Below, piece after piece: positions 34,062 through 45,430 of a DNA stretch of 64,000 nt. Numbering within the stretch: the first letter of the stretch is position 1; each line of letters begins with the position of its first letter. The notes under the pieces are model-generated. The model ran no database searches and was not told the DNA's origin. It was given only the letters and a program-made list of their open reading frames with translations. Origin of the DNA: Anaeromyxobacter sp. (GTDB taxonomy: Bacteria; Myxococcota; Myxococcia; Myxococcales; Anaeromyxobacteraceae); the NCBI GenBank assembly GCA_049840735.1, contig JASGJN010000022.1:736001-800000 (forward strand), in the 5' to 3' direction. The translations under genes and the position numbers were made by a program.

Positions 34062-35213
34062 TCAGGAGGCGAGGCCGGGCGGGCGCGCCGGCTTGGCGCC
34101 GGCGTCGCGGGCCTGCCCCTGCGGCGAGCCCCAGCGGCGGCGCACCAGCTCGGTGCAGACGTCGGTGATCTCGCGGGCCGCCTGCGGGCTGCCCAGCAGG
34201 CCGGCGGCGCGCTGCATGCGGGCCTGCGCCTCGGGGTCGGAGAGGATGCGGCGGATCTCGGCGGCGAGCAGCTCGCCGGTGAGGTCCCGCTCCTCGATCA
34301 TCACCGCCGCGCCGGCCTTCACCAGGCTGAGCGCGTTGATGACCTGGTGGTTGTCGGCGGCGGCGGGGAAGGGGACCAGGATCGCCGGCCGCTTGCACAC
34401 GGTCAGCTCGGCCAGCGTGGTGGCGCCGGCCCGGCAGACCACCAGGTCGCACTCGGCGTAGGCGGCGCTCATGTCGGAGATGAACTCGCGGACGTCCGGC
34501 GCGAAGCCGCAGGCCCGGTAGCCCCGCTCCACCTGCTCGCGGTCGCGGGCGCCGGTCTGGTGCGTGATGCGGAGCGTGTCGCGCAGGTCGGCCAGGTGCG
34601 GCAGCGCCTCGATGACCCGCATGTTGAGCGCGTGCGCGCCCTGCGAGCCGCCGAACACCAGCAGCCGCGGCTCGCCGTGGCCGGCCTGCGGCCGCATGAA
34701 GTTGTCCATCAGCGTCTTGCGGATGGGGTTGCCGAGCTGGAACACCTTGTGCGGCGCGAAGTGGCGCGCCGCCTCGGGGAAGGCGGTGAAGGCCGCCTTG
34801 ACCACCCGGCCCAGCAGGCGGTTGGTGAGGCCGGCCACCGCGTTCTGCTCCTGCACGGCGGTGGGGATGCGCAGCAGCCAGGCGGTGAAGACCACCGGCC
34901 CGCTGGCGTAGCCGCCCACGCCCACCACCACGTCCGGCCGCCAGCGGCGCAGGATGCGCCACGACTGCAGGAAGGCGCGCGGCAGGAGCAGCAGGTTCAA
35001 GAGCATGCCCCACAGCCCCTTCCCCTTGAGCCCCTTCACCTCGATGAGCTCGATGGGGAAGCCGGCCTCGGGGACCACGCGGGCCTCCAGCCCGCGGGCG
35101 GTGCCCACGAAGACCACGTCGTTGGCGGGGTGGCGCGTGACCACCTCCTCGGCCAGCGCGACGCCAGGGAAGACGTGCCCCCCGGTGCCGCCGCCGGCGA
35201 CCAGCATCCTCAT
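34062..35213 (-). CDS. murG: MurG glycosyltransferase
   Basis: GGGTGGH, GGYAS, GGSQGA, RAGATT. Confidence 0.97.
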   Translation of the reverse strand: MRMLVAGGGTGGHVFPGVALAEEVVTRHPANDVVFVGTARGLEARVVPEAGFPIELIEVKGLKGKGLWGMLLNLLLLPRAFLQSWRILRRWRPDVVVGVGGYASGPVVFTAWLLRIPTAVQEQNAVAGLTNRLLGRVVKAAFTAFPEAARHFAPHKVFQLGNPIRKTLMDNFMRPQAGHGEPRLLVFGGSQGAHALNMRVIEALPHLADLRDTLRITHQTGARDREQVERGYRACGFAPDVREFISDMSAAYAECDLVVCRAGATTLAELTVCKRPAILVPFPAAADNHQVINALSLVKAGAAVMIEERDLTGELLAAEIRRILSDPEAQARMQRAAGLLGSPQAAREITDVCTELVRRRWGSPQGQARDAGAKPARPPGLAS

Positions 35214-36415
35214 GGCGCCTCCTCGGGCTGCGGGCCCGCCAGCCGCGGCGTCGAGCCGATGGGCGCGCCCACCCGCACGGCGGCGGGGGCGCGGGTGAGG
35301 TGACCGCCCCGCTGCGCGCTCACCGCCAGCAGGACGCCGGAGGCGCCCAGCAAGGTCAGGAGCGACGAGCCGCCGTAGGAGACGAACGGGAGCGTGAGCC
35401 CCTTGGTGGGCATCAGGCCGAACACCACGCACAGGTTGACGAGCGCCTGCAGGCCGATGAGCGTGGTCACCCCCAGCGCCGCGTGACAGGAGAAGGCGTC
35501 CTGGGCGCGCAGGGTGGCGCGGACGCCGCGCCAGAGCACGACGCCGAAGAGGAGCACCAGCAGCACGACGCCGATGAGCCCGGCCTCCTCGGCGATCACA
35601 GCGGCGATGAAGTCGGTGTGGGCCGCCGGCAGGAAGTCGAGCTTGCCCTTGCTCTGCCCCAGCCCCTGGCCCAGCCAGCCGCCGTTCGCGGTGCCGAGCA
35701 GCGACTCCCAGAGCTGGAAGCCGGTGGTGCCGCGGTAGTCCTCGGGGTGCATGAAGGCGATGATCCGCTCCATGCGGTAGGGGTTGGAGCGGATCAGCAA
35801 GTAGGCCACCGGCGCGGCCAGCAGGCCGGCCAGGAACAGGTAGCCGACCCGGGCGCCGGCGGCGAAGAGCACCGCCATGGAGACGAGGAAGAGGACCACC
35901 CCGGTGCCCATGTCCCGCTGCGCCTGGCAGAGCGCCACCAGCACGCCCAGCACGATCAGGTGGGGCAGGAGGCCCACCGAGAAGGTGCGGACCTGCTCGC
36001 CCTTCCGCGCCAGCGAGCGGGCCAGGTAGAGGACCATCGCCACCTTGGCCACCTCGGCCGGCTGCAGGTGGAGCGGACCCAGCGGGATCCAGCGCTGCGC
36101 GCCACCCGCGGTGGAGCCGATGAACGGCACCAGCGCCAGCAGCACCAGCGCCGCCAGCATGAGCGGGTAGGCGAGCCGCGCGATGCGGTCGGTGCCGAGC
36201 CACAGCGCCCCGCCCATCAGCCCGAGGCCGATGCCGGCCGCCAGCAGCTGGCGCCAGAGGTAGGTGAACTGGTTCCCGGCGCGGCCGGCCTGCACGGCGC
36301 TGGCGGAGTAGACGAAGACCAGCCCCACCGCCACCAGGGCCAGGATGGCCCCCAGCAGCACCACGTCGAAGGGCGGGCCGCCCGCCTCGCGCCGTGCCTC
36401 GGACTCGCCGCTCAT
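35210..36415 (-). CDS. ftsW: FtsW peptidoglycan polymerase (SEDS)
   Basis: GAQRWI, QPAEVAK, AHTDFI, PTKGLTLPFVSYGGSS. Confidence 0.96.
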   Translation of the reverse strand: MSGESEARREAGGPPFDVVLLGAILALVAVGLVFVYSASAVQAGRAGNQFTYLWRQLLAAGIGLGLMGGALWLGTDRIARLAYPLMLAALVLLALVPFIGSTAGGAQRWIPLGPLHLQPAEVAKVAMVLYLARSLARKGEQVRTFSVGLLPHLIVLGVLVALCQAQRDMGTGVVLFLVSMAVLFAAGARVGYLFLAGLLAAPVAYLLIRSNPYRMERIIAFMHPEDYRGTTGFQLWESLLGTANGGWLGQGLGQSKGKLDFLPAAHTDFIAAVIAEEAGLIGVVLLVLLFGVVLWRGVRATLRAQDAFSCHAALGVTTLIGLQALVNLCVVFGLMPTKGLTLPFVSYGGSSLLTLLGASGVLLAVSAQRGGHLTRAPAAVRVGAPIGSTPRLAGPQPEEAP

Positions 36416-37797
36416 CGCGTCAGCTCCGCGGCCAGGCGCCGGAAGGCCTCGCCGCGCTCCTCGTAGTTCGAGAACTGATCGTAGCTCGCGCAGGCGGGGG
36501 AGAGCAGCACCACGTCTCCTGACCCCGAGAGGAGCGCCGCGCGCCGGGCGGCCCCGGCCAGGTCCCCGCAGGCCTCGGTCGGCGCCAGGTCGCCCAGCTC
36601 GCGCGCGACGTTGGGGCCGTCCTCGCCGATGGTGAGCAGCGCCTTCACGCGCCCCGGGAAGAGCGGCCGCAGCGGGGCGTAGGGCGCCTTCTTGCCGCGC
36701 CCGCCCATGATCAGGATGACGCGCGGCGTACCGGCCGGGAAGGCGGCCAGGCCGACGTAGGTCGAGTCCACGTTGGTGGCCTTGGAGTCGTTGACCCACT
36801 CCACCCCGCGCCCCTCTCCCACCAGCTCCAGCCGGTGGTGCAGCCCGGGGAAGGCGTCCAGGCCGGCCTGGACCTCGGCCCCCGGCACGCCGGCCAGCCG
36901 GGCCAGGGCCACCGCGGCCATGGCGTTCTCGCGGTTGTGCCGGCCCCGCAGCGCGCGGTTGCGCAGCAGGTAGCGCTCGGGCGCCCCGCCCGCCGACCAC
37001 CAGAGCGCGCTCCCCTCCGGCCCCGGCTCGCCCTCGGCGCAGCGGACGGCGCCGGGCGCGGGCGGGCCGAAGCCGAAGGTGAAGCGGGCGCCACGCGACG
37101 CGCCGGCCATGGCCAGCGCGCGGTCGTCGCGGTCGTTGGCCAGCGCCGCGTCGCCCGGCTGCTGGGTGGCGAAGAGGCGGGCCTTGGCCGCGGCGTAGTC
37201 CTCCACGTCGCGGTAGCGATCGAGGTGGTCGGGCGTGACGTTGAGGATGGCGGCGAGGTGGGCGCGGAGCTGGTCGATCCCCTCCAGCTGGAAGGACGAG
37301 AGCTCCAGCATCACCACGTCGGCCCGCTCGCCGGAGAGCAGGTGCTCGCAGAGCGGCGTACCCAGGTTGCCGCCGGTGAAGGTGGGGCGGTGGCGCGCCA
37401 GCAGCGCGCCGGTGAGCGCGGTGGTGGTGGACTTGCCGTTGGTCCCGGTCAGCCCCACCACCAGCGTCCCCTCCGGCAGGAAGCGCCAGCCCAGCTCCAC
37501 CTCGGCCCAGATCGGCACGCCCTTGCGGCGCGCCGCCTGCAGCTCGGGGTTGGCGAGCGGCACGCCGGGGGAGACGACCACCAGGTCGGCGCCCTCGAAG
37601 TCGGCCAGGTCGTGGCCGCCCAGGCGGCGGCGCGCGCCGGCGACCGGGGCCAGCGCGGCGGCCAGCTCCTGCTCGGACCGGCGGTCGGTGACGGTGACCT
37701 TGGCCCCCTCGCGGAGGCACAGGCGCGCGGCGGCGACGCCGCTCCTGGCGAGCCCGACGACGGTGACCTTCTTCCCGGTGAGCGACGGCGCGGCCAC
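36412..37797 (-). CDS. murD: UDP-MurNAc-L-Ala--D-glutamate ligase
   Basis: GTNGKSTTT, ELSSFQL, NDSKATN, LSPACASYDQF. Confidence 0.97.
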   Translation of the reverse strand: MAAPSLTGKKVTVVGLARSGVAAARLCLREGAKVTVTDRRSEQELAAALAPVAGARRRLGGHDLADFEGADLVVVSPGVPLANPELQAARRKGVPIWAEVELGWRFLPEGTLVVGLTGTNGKSTTTALTGALLARHRPTFTGGNLGTPLCEHLLSGERADVVMLELSSFQLEGIDQLRAHLAAILNVTPDHLDRYRDVEDYAAAKARLFATQQPGDAALANDRDDRALAMAGASRGARFTFGFGPPAPGAVRCAEGEPGPEGSALWWSAGGAPERYLLRNRALRGRHNRENAMAAVALARLAGVPGAEVQAGLDAFPGLHHRLELVGEGRGVEWVNDSKATNVDSTYVGLAAFPAGTPRVILIMGGRGKKAPYAPLRPLFPGRVKALLTIGEDGPNVARELGDLAPTEACGDLAGAARRAALLSGSGDVVLLSPACASYDQFSNYEERGEAFRRLAAELTR

Positions 37798-37802
37798 GTT
37801 GG

Positions 37803-38945
37803 CTACCTCAGCTTGATGGACAGGAGCGCGACCAGGGCGAGCATCACCGACATGATCCAGAAGCGGACGATGATCTTCGGCTCGGCCCAGCCCTTGAGCT
37901 CGTAGTGGTGGTGGATGGGGGCCATGCGGAAGATCCGCTTGCCCCGCATCTTGAACGACCAGACCTGCAGGATCACGCTCACCGCCTCGGCCAGGAACAC
38001 GCCGTGGAGGATGGCGCTCGCGAACTCGTTCTTGGTCAGCACCGCCAGCATGCCCAGCGCGCCGCCCAGCGCCAGCGAGCCGACGTCGCCCATGAAGACC
38101 GAGGCCGGGTAGGTGTTGTACCAGAGGAAGGCCACCCCGGCGCCGAACATGGCCGAGCAGAGCACGCCCAGCTCCTCGGCGCCCGGGATGTAGGCGATGC
38201 GCAGGTACTCGGCCAGGCTGAACCCGCCCAGCGTGGCGCCGGCGATGTACGAGAGCGCCAGGAAGGTCATGGCCGAGACGATGGTCGGGCCGATGGCCAG
38301 GCCGTCCAGGCCGTCGGTCAGGTTCACCGCGTTGGAGGTGGCGATGACCACGAAGACCATGAACGGCAGGTAGAGCCAGCCCAGGTCCGGCTGGAAGAGC
38401 CGGGTGGGGACGAAGGGCAGGGTGACGTGCAGGTCGAGGTGGCTGCCCACGAACACCCAGGGAAAGCGCGCCTCGGTGTGGAACTGCCAGTCGGAGAGGA
38501 CGCCCCAGTAGACGGCCAGCACGATGGCGACCTGGAAGAAGAGCTTCTTCTTCCCGGCCAACCCCTTGGAGTTGCGCTTGGAGATCTTGAGCCAGTCGTC
38601 GGCGAAGCCGATGCCGCCGTAGCCCATGGTCACGAGCAGCGCCGCCCAGACGTAGCGGTTGGTCAGGTCGGCGAAGAGCAGCGTGGCCACGGAGACGGCC
38701 AGCAGGATCAGCGCGCCGCCCATCGACGGCGTGCCGGCCTTCTTCTTGTGCGAGTCGGGGGTGTCCTCGCGGACGTTGGTGTGGCCGTACTGCAGCACGC
38801 GCATCCGCTCGATGAAGAGCGGGCCGAGCAGCAGGCCGATGATCATGGCCGTGAGCCCCGCCGCCACGATCCGGAAGGACGGGTAGCGCAGGACGTTGAA
38901 GAGGCCGAAGTGCGGAGCGAGGGGGTAGAGGAGGTGGTAGAGCAT
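37803..38945 (-). CDS. mraY: Phospho-MurNAc-pentapeptide transferase
   Basis: KAGTPSMGG, NAVNLTDGLDGL, FMGDVGS, MAPIHHHYE. Confidence 0.98.
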   Translation of the reverse strand: MLYHLLYPLAPHFGLFNVLRYPSFRIVAAGLTAMIIGLLLGPLFIERMRVLQYGHTNVREDTPDSHKKKAGTPSMGGALILLAVSVATLLFADLTNRYVWAALLVTMGYGGIGFADDWLKISKRNSKGLAGKKKLFFQVAIVLAVYWGVLSDWQFHTEARFPWVFVGSHLDLHVTLPFVPTRLFQPDLGWLYLPFMVFVVIATSNAVNLTDGLDGLAIGPTIVSAMTFLALSYIAGATLGGFSLAEYLRIAYIPGAEELGVLCSAMFGAGVAFLWYNTYPASVFMGDVGSLALGGALGMLAVLTKNEFASAILHGVFLAEAVSVILQVWSFKMRGKRIFRMAPIHHHYELKGWAEPKIIVRFWIMSVMLALVALLSIKLR

Positions 38946-38954
38946 GGTGGGTGG

Positions 38955-40358
38955 CTACGGGGCCTGGCGCAGGCCCTCGACGAGCCGCTCGAGCTTCATC
39001 CCCCGGCTGGCCTTGACGAGGAGGACGTCGGAGGGCGCGAGCCGCGCGCGCACCCAGCGGGTGAGCGCCTCGACGTCCTCGGTGTGGAAGACCTCCGCCA
39101 GCCCGGCGGCGCGGGCGGCCTCGGCGGTGGCGCGGCTGCGCGGGCCGAAGGCGGCGAGCGCGGCCAGCCCGGCCCGGGCGGCCTGCTCGCCCAGGGCGCG
39201 GTGGGCCTCGGCCTCGAAGCTGCCCAGCTCCAGCATGTCGCCCAGCGCGGCCACCGCCTTGCCGCCGGGCGAGCCGGCGGCGAGGTCGCGCAGCACCGCG
39301 AGCGCCGCGCCCATGGAGTCCGGGTTGGCGTTGTAGCAGTCGTCCACCAGCTGGACGCCGGAGGGGAGCCGCTCCAGGCGCAGGCGCCGCCCCACCGGCA
39401 CCACCGCCGCCAGGCCGCGCTGGATCTCGCGGTCGCTGCAGCCCAGCGCCACCGCCGCGGCGGCGGCGCCGGCGGCGTTCATGGCGTTGTGCGCGCCCAC
39501 CAGGCCGGGGATGTGGATCTCCACCTCGCGGTTGCCGATGCCGAGCAGGAAGCGGAGCCCCTCCACCGACTGCGAGAGCACCTCCAGCACCACCACGTCG
39601 CCGCGCCGGCCGCGGCCGCTGGCGAAGGTGAGCATGCGGCGGCCGGAGGCCTTGCCGCGCGCCACCAGCAGCGGGTCGTCGGCGTTGACGATGGCCAGCC
39701 CGCCCGCCGGCAGCCCGTTCCAGAGCTCGGCCTTGGCGTCGGCGATGGCCTCGCGGCTGCCCAGGTGCTCGATGTGGGCCGTGCCGGCCATGGTGACCAG
39801 CCCGACCTGCGGCTCGGCGATGGCGGTGAGCCGGCCGATCTCGCCGGCGTGGTTCATGCCCATCTCGATCACGGCGGCGGCGTGCCCCGCGTCGAGGCCG
39901 AAGAGCGTGAGCGGGACGCCCACCTCGTTGTTGAGGTTGCCCTCGGTCCTGAGGACCGGGCCGCGGGTGGCCAGGATGGCGGCCACCATCTCGCGGGTGG
40001 TGGTCTTGCCGTTGGAGCCGGTCACCCCCACCACCGGGATGGAGAAGCGGCGCCGGTGCAGGTGGGCGATGCGCCCCAGCGCCACCAGCGTGTCCTTCAC
40101 CACCAGCGCCGGGACCGGCTCGGGCAGGGAGGCCGCGAAGGCCTCGTCCACCAGCGCGGCGGCGGCGCCGCGGGCGGCGGCCTCGGCCAGGAAGGCGTGG
40201 CCGTCGTAGCGCTCGCCGCGCAGGGCCACGAAGAGGCAGCCGGCCGGCAGCGCGCGCGTGTCGGTGGAGACGCCCTCGAGCGGCGCCGCGGGCGGCGAGC
40301 TCCAGCGGCCGCCGGTGGCGGCGGCCAGCTCGTCGGGGGTGAAGCGGGGCGTGGTCAT
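38955..40358 (-). CDS. murF: UDP-MurNAc-tripeptide--D-Ala-D-Ala ligase
   Basis: GSNGKTTT, NLNNEVGVP, EMGMNH, DCYNANP, KASRG. Confidence 0.96.
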   Translation of the reverse strand: MTTPRFTPDELAAATGGRWSSPPAAPLEGVSTDTRALPAGCLFVALRGERYDGHAFLAEAAARGAAAALVDEAFAASLPEPVPALVVKDTLVALGRIAHLHRRRFSIPVVGVTGSNGKTTTREMVAAILATRGPVLRTEGNLNNEVGVPLTLFGLDAGHAAAVIEMGMNHAGEIGRLTAIAEPQVGLVTMAGTAHIEHLGSREAIADAKAELWNGLPAGGLAIVNADDPLLVARGKASGRRMLTFASGRGRRGDVVVLEVLSQSVEGLRFLLGIGNREVEIHIPGLVGAHNAMNAAGAAAAAVALGCSDREIQRGLAAVVPVGRRLRLERLPSGVQLVDDCYNANPDSMGAALAVLRDLAAGSPGGKAVAALGDMLELGSFEAEAHRALGEQAARAGLAALAAFGPRSRATAEAARAAGLAEVFHTEDVEALTRWVRARLAPSDVLLVKASRGMKLERLVEGLRQAP

Positions 40359-41863
40359 GCGGTGGGCTCGCTGGGCGCGTCGAGGGCCCGGCGGGCCTCG
40401 TCGCGATCCGAGAACGGGCGCTTCTCGGCGCCGACGATCTGGTAGTCCTCGTGCCCCTTCCCGGCGATCAGGATCGCGTCGCCCGGGCGGGCGCACCCCA
40501 CGGCGAGGCGGATGGCGGCGCGGCGGTCGGCCTCGACCGCGAAGCCGTCCTGGCCGGCGCGGGCGGCGGCCGGGGCGAGGCGGCGCTTGCCGGTCGCCTC
40601 CACGCCCGGGACGATGTCGGCCAGGATGGCGGCCGGGTCCTCGGTGCGCGGGTTGTCGCTGGTGACGACCACCAGCTCGGCGCCCTCGGCCGCGGCGCGC
40701 CCCATGAGCGGGCGCTTGCCGCGATCGCGGTCGCCGCCGCAGCCGAAGACGCACAGGAGCCGGCGGGGGGCGAGGTCGCGCAGCGCCGCCAGGGCGCGCA
40801 CCAGCGCGTCGTCGGTGTGGGCGTAGTCCACGAAGACCGTCACCCCGCGCCCGTCCACCCGCTCCAGGCGTCCGGGCGCGCCGCGCGACGCGGCCAGGCC
40901 GGCCTCCACGGCGGCGGGCGGGACGCCCAGGGCCAGCGCCAGCCCGGCGGCGCAGAGCAGGTTCTCGAGGTTGTGGGCGCCCACCAGCGGGGAGCGCAGC
41001 TTCAGGTCGCCCTGCGGCGTGCGCAGCGTGGCGCGGATGCCGGCGAGGCCGATCTCCGCATCCACCGCGCGGAGCGCGTCGCCGTCGCGGGTGCCGTACC
41101 GCCACACCGTGCGGCCCGGCCCGAGCTGGTCGGCCAGCTGCGCGCCCCAGGGGTCGCGGGCGTTCACCACGGCCACGCCGCCGGGGGCCAGGTGCTCGGT
41201 GAAGAGCCGCCGCTTGGCGGCGAAGTAGTGCTCCATGTCGCCGTGGTAGTCGAGGTGGTCGCGGGTCAGGTTGGTGAACCCGGCGGCCTGGAAGCGCAGG
41301 CCGGCCACGCGCTCCTGGGCGAGCGCATGGGAGGAAACCTCCAGCACGGCCGCTCTCGTCCCGGCGGCGCGCATCTCGGCCAGCAGGGCCTGGATGGCGG
41401 TGGACTCGGGCGTGGTGTGGGAGGCCGGGCGCGAGACGCCGGGGTAGCGGTGCGTGACGGTGCCGATCACGCCGAGCGGCAGGCCGGCCGCGGCGGCGCA
41501 GGCCTCCACCAGGTACGTGATGGTGGTCTTGCCGTTGGTGCCGGTCACGCCGGCCAGCAGCAGCGCGTCGCCGGGGCGGCCGTGGAAGGCGGCGGCGGCG
41601 AGCGCCATGGCGCGGCGGGCGGAGGGGACGAGCAGCAGGCGGGCGGGGGCACACTCGACCGGGCGCTCGGCGACGACCGCGATCGCGCCCTGCCTGGCGG
41701 CGGCGGCGGCGAAGCGGGCGCCATCCTGCGTGGCGCCGGGGAGGGCGAAGAAGCAGGCGCCCGGGATGACCTCGCGCGAGTCGCCGGTGACGCGCGTGAC
41801 CTCCGGATTGCCGCCCAGGTCACCCTGGGCGCCGGAGCCGGTCATGAGGGAGGAGAGCTTCAT
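40355..41863 (-). CDS. murE: UDP-MurNAc-dipeptide--mDAP ligase
   Basis: GTNGKTT, EVSSH, DYAHT, DNPR, AGKGHE. Confidence 0.96.
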   Translation of the reverse strand: MKLSSLMTGSGAQGDLGGNPEVTRVTGDSREVIPGACFFALPGATQDGARFAAAAARQGAIAVVAERPVECAPARLLLVPSARRAMALAAAAFHGRPGDALLLAGVTGTNGKTTITYLVEACAAAAGLPLGVIGTVTHRYPGVSRPASHTTPESTAIQALLAEMRAAGTRAAVLEVSSHALAQERVAGLRFQAAGFTNLTRDHLDYHGDMEHYFAAKRRLFTEHLAPGGVAVVNARDPWGAQLADQLGPGRTVWRYGTRDGDALRAVDAEIGLAGIRATLRTPQGDLKLRSPLVGAHNLENLLCAAGLALALGVPPAAVEAGLAASRGAPGRLERVDGRGVTVFVDYAHTDDALVRALAALRDLAPRRLLCVFGCGGDRDRGKRPLMGRAAAEGAELVVVTSDNPRTEDPAAILADIVPGVEATGKRRLAPAAARAGQDGFAVEADRRAAIRLAVGCARPGDAILIAGKGHEDYQIVGAEKRPFSDRDEARRALDAPSEPTA

Positions 41864-41962
41864 CGTCGTCCCACCGGACTTGCGAACGCCGTACCGGTCG
41901 GAAACCCGTGCTGCGCCGGTGGTTTGTCTCGCCGCGCGTCGTCCGGGACACGGGCGGACTGC

Positions 41963-41968
41963 ATTATA
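41963..41968 (-). promoter_or_regulatory. Perfect -10 hexamer (internal dcw promoter candidate upstream of murE)
   Basis: TATAAT on the minus strand in the 161-bp ftsI-murE gap; rare in such GC-rich DNA. Confidence 0.5.
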
Positions 41969-42024
41969 CGGGCACTGCGCCCCGGCCCCAGAAGCAAAGC
42001 TCGCTGGCCCCCGCGCCGGCCGGG

Positions 42025-44056
42025 TCAGCCCGCCGGCGAGAGGGTCATCCGGACGCGGGTGCCGCGCTCGACCACGCGCCCGGGGGCGGGGGTCTGGGCC
42101 ACCACGCGCCCCGAGCCGCGCACCTCGGCCGAGAGCTCCACCTGCTCCAGGTGGCGGATGGCGGCGCGGGCGGGGAGGCCGGCCAGGGTCGGGACGGCCA
42201 CGCGGCCGTCCTCGCGCGGCGCGTCGGAGACGGCGGCCGGCTCCAGCTCGGCCTCGTCCTCCTCGCCGGCGGCGGCCACCGCGACCGGGGGCTCCGGCGC
42301 GGCCGGGGTGCCGGCCACGGGCCGGTTGGGCGGCACGCCCATCATGCGCAGCGCGTACTCGGAGATCTCGCGGAAGGCCGGCGCGGCCACCTCGCCGCCG
42401 TAGATCTCGCCCCGGGGCTCGTCGATGAAGACGCCCACCACGATGCGCGGCGCCTCGGCGGGCGCGAAGCCCACGAAGGAGCTGAAGTGACGGTCGGCGG
42501 AGTAGCCGCCGGAGACCCGGTCCACCTTCTGCGCGGTGCCGGTCTTGCCGGCCGCGCTCCACCCGTCGAGGCGGGCGCGGTGGCCGGTCCCCTTCGGATC
42601 CTCGATCACGCCCACCAGCCAGCGGCCCAGCGTGGCGGCGGTGCGGGCCGAGACCACCTGGCGGGCGGCGCCGGGGCCGGCCGCGTCCAGCACGCGGCCG
42701 GTGACCGGGTCGACGATGCGGCGGATCACGTGCGGCTGCACCCAGGCGCCGCCGTTGGCGATGGCGCCCATGGCGGCGGTGAGCTGCAGGGCCGTGGCGG
42801 TGATGGGCCCCTGGCCGAAGCTCTGGGTGGCGAGGCCGATCTCGGAGCGGGCCGCGGTCAGGGTGCCGCGCACCTCGCCGGGGAGGCCGACGTCGGTCCG
42901 CTCGCCGAAGCCGAAGTCGGCCAGCGCCTGGCGGAGCCCCTCGCGCCCCAGCCGCGCGCCGATGTGGGCGGCGCCGATGTTGGAGCTCTCGGCCAGCACG
43001 CGGGAGGGGCCGGCCCAGCCCACCGCGGCGTGATCGCGGATCACGTGGCCGCCGATGGTGAAGCGGCCCGGGCCGCAGTCGATGGCGTCGGTGGGGGCGA
43101 GCACGCCCCGCTCCAGCGCGGCCGCCAGCACGTAGGTCTTGATGGTGGAGCCCGGCTCGAAGGCGTCGGTGATGGGCCGGTTGCGGATTCTCGTCGGCGC
43201 TCCGCTTGGCGTTGGCGTTGGCCAGCGGCACGCTGGCCATGGCCAGCACCTCGCCGGTGGACGGGTCGAGCACCACCGCCATGCCGGAGAGCGCGCGCGA
43301 GCCGGCCACCGCGCGGGCCAGCGCCGTCTCGGCGGTGGCCTGCAGCCCCTGGTCGATGGTGAGCTCGATGCGCGAGCCCTCGCGCTCGCGCCCCGGCACC
43401 GGCGGCGAGGTGACGATGATGCGCCCCTTGCCGTCGCGCAGCGAGGGGAGCTCCGCCGGGATGCCCTGCAGGTCGGCGTCGCGCGCCAGCTCCACGCCCT
43501 CGCGCCCCTCGCCCTCGTCGTCCACCACGCCCAGCAGCTGCCCGGCCAGCTCTGCCTTGGGGTAGTAGCGGCGCCGCTCCGGGGCGAGCCCCACCGAGCG
43601 GAAGCGGCGCTCGGCCAGCCAGGCCTGCAGCTTCGCGGCGTCGGCCGGCGCGACGCGGCGGGCGAGCCACATGAAGCGGCTGTCGTCGTCGAGCTTCCGC
43701 TCCAGCGCCCGGGCGGCGCGCGGCTCCACCCGGAGCAGCTTCAGCGCCTGGCGCAGCTGGGCCCGCTTCGGATCCTCGACCGCCAGGAGCTTGGGGTCCA
43801 CGTAGACCGACTGCGCGTCGGCGCTGCTGGCCAGCAGCACGCCGTTGCGGTCCACCACCTCGCCGCGGCGCGGGCGCAGCGAGAGCTCGCGCAGCCACTG
43901 GCTGGCGCCGGGCTTGAGGTAGGCCTTGCGCGCCAGGACCTGGAGGTAGAGCACCCGGGCCCCGACCGCGCCGAAGCCGAGCGCCAGCAGCACCGTGACC
44001 GCGGCGATGCGGACGATGGCCCAGCGAGCGCCGCGCGGATCAGGCCCGGGGCGCAC
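42025..44056 (-). CDS. ftsI: FtsI/PBP3 transpeptidase with C-terminal PASTA; apparent +1 frameshift at ~43188
   Basis: RGEVVDRNG; corrected DEIRNRPITDAFEPGSTIK (SxxK), SSN, KTGTAQK. Confidence 0.93.
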
Positions 44057-44500
44057 CTAGTTCCCCTGCGGCGCGGTCCCCCCGGCGGAGAGCGCCAGGG
44101 AGGAGGGGAGGGCAGGCCCCGCCGGACGCGACCGGTCTCCAACCCCGTCCACGCCCGCCCTACCCGTGCCGTCCATGGGACGGCCCGGGCCTGCCGCCAC
44201 GACCGCACCGCGGTCCGGCGGAGCCATGCCCAGCTTCGCGAGCTTCCGCAGCAGCGCCTGGTTGAGCTTGCCGGGGGACCGGAGCATCGCCAGCTCCAGC
44301 TTCAGCTGCTCGTTCCGCGCCACCAGCTCGTCGTGCTCGCGGGTGAGCTCGCCCAGCGCGTAGCCGGCGGTGACCACCTGGGTACGGGTCCAGACGTGGA
44401 ACACGCCCAGCGTCGCCAGCAGCAGCATGGCCAGCGCCACCTGCACGGCGCGGCCGGCCCTGGCGCCGGCGGCGCGGACGCCTCTCGCCTGCGTGCTCAT
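44057..44500 (-). CDS. ftsL: Cell division protein FtsL-like
   Basis: TM plus coiled coil ([14 protein letters not shown]); between rsmH and ftsI. Confidence 0.8.
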   Translation of the reverse strand: MSTQARGVRAAGARAGRAVQVALAMLLLATLGVFHVWTRTQVVTAGYALGELTREHDELVARNEQLKLELAMLRSPGKLNQALLRKLAKLGMAPPDRGAVVAAGPGRPMDGTGRAGVDGVGDRSRPAGPALPSSLALSAGGTAPQGN

Positions 44501-45429
44501 GGCAGCTTCTCCACCGCGCGGAGGCGTGCGCTCCGCGCCCGGGGGTTCCTGGCCACCTCCTCGTCCGCAGCCTTCACCGCCTTGCGCGTGACGGCCGCGA
44601 AGGCCGCGCGCGCGCCGCAGGCGCAGACGGGGAGGTCGGGCGGGCAGGTGCACGCCTGCGTCAGCGCCCGGAACCGCTCCTTCACCATCCGGTCCTCCAG
44701 CGAGTGGAAGGCGATGGCCGCCGCCCGCCCGCCGGGGTTGAGCATCGAGGGCAGGCCGTCGAGCCAGGCCGCCAGCGCGCCCAGCTCGTCGTTCACCGCG
44801 ATCCGCAGCGCCTGGAAGGTGCGCGTGGCCGGGTGGATCCGCTTCGGCCAGGCCTTGCGCGGGATGGCGCCGGCCACGACCTCGGCCAGGCGGGCCGTGT
44901 CGAGCCGCTCCTCGCCGCCCACCGCCGCCTTGATGGCGCGGGCCACGGGCCGGGCGAAGGGCTCCTCGCCGTAGTCGTGGAGGATGCGGGCCAGCTCGCG
45001 CTCGTCGATGCGGCGCAGCAGGTCCTCCAGCGTCTCGCCGTCCTGCGCCATGCGCATGTCGAGCGGGCCGGGGCGGGAGAAGGAGAAGCCGCGCTCCGCC
45101 TCGTCGAGCTGCGGGGAGGAGGCGCCCAGGTCCACCAGCGCGCCGTCCACGCCGGCGATGCCCAGCGCGGCCAGCACGTTCTTCGCGTCGCGGAAGTCGG
45201 AGCGGACGGCGCGGAAGGCCTCCCCGAAGCGGGCCAGCCGCGCGGTCGCCGCCGCCAGGGCGCGCGGGTCCTTGTCGAGCGCGATCACGCGTGCCCCCTG
45301 CTCGAGCAGGAGCCCGGAGTGCCCACCGCCGCCCAGCGTGCCGTCGAGGAAGAGCTCGCCCGGCTTCGGGCGCAGCACCTCGACCACCTCTCTCGCCAGG
45401 ACCGGCTCATGGACGAACTCCGCGCTCAC
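44497..45429 (-). CDS. rsmH: 16S rRNA m4C1402 methyltransferase
   Basis: [35 protein letters not shown]. Confidence 0.97.
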   Translation of the reverse strand: MSAEFVHEPVLAREVVEVLRPKPGELFLDGTLGGGGHSGLLLEQGARVIALDKDPRALAAATARLARFGEAFRAVRSDFRDAKNVLAALGIAGVDGALVDLGASSPQLDEAERGFSFSRPGPLDMRMAQDGETLEDLLRRIDERELARILHDYGEEPFARPVARAIKAAVGGEERLDTARLAEVVAGAIPRKAWPKRIHPATRTFQALRIAVNDELGALAAWLDGLPSMLNPGGRAAAIAFHSLEDRMVKERFRALTQACTCPPDLPVCACGARAAFAAVTRKAVKAADEEVARNPRARSARLRAVEKLP

Positions 45430-45430
45430 G

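Noticed and set aside
42025..44056. ftsI and other frameshifted genes as pseudogenes or programmed frameshifts
   Set aside because: FtsI is essential, catalytic motifs are intact, there is no other decay and there are no slippery heptamers. Sequencing error is more likely.
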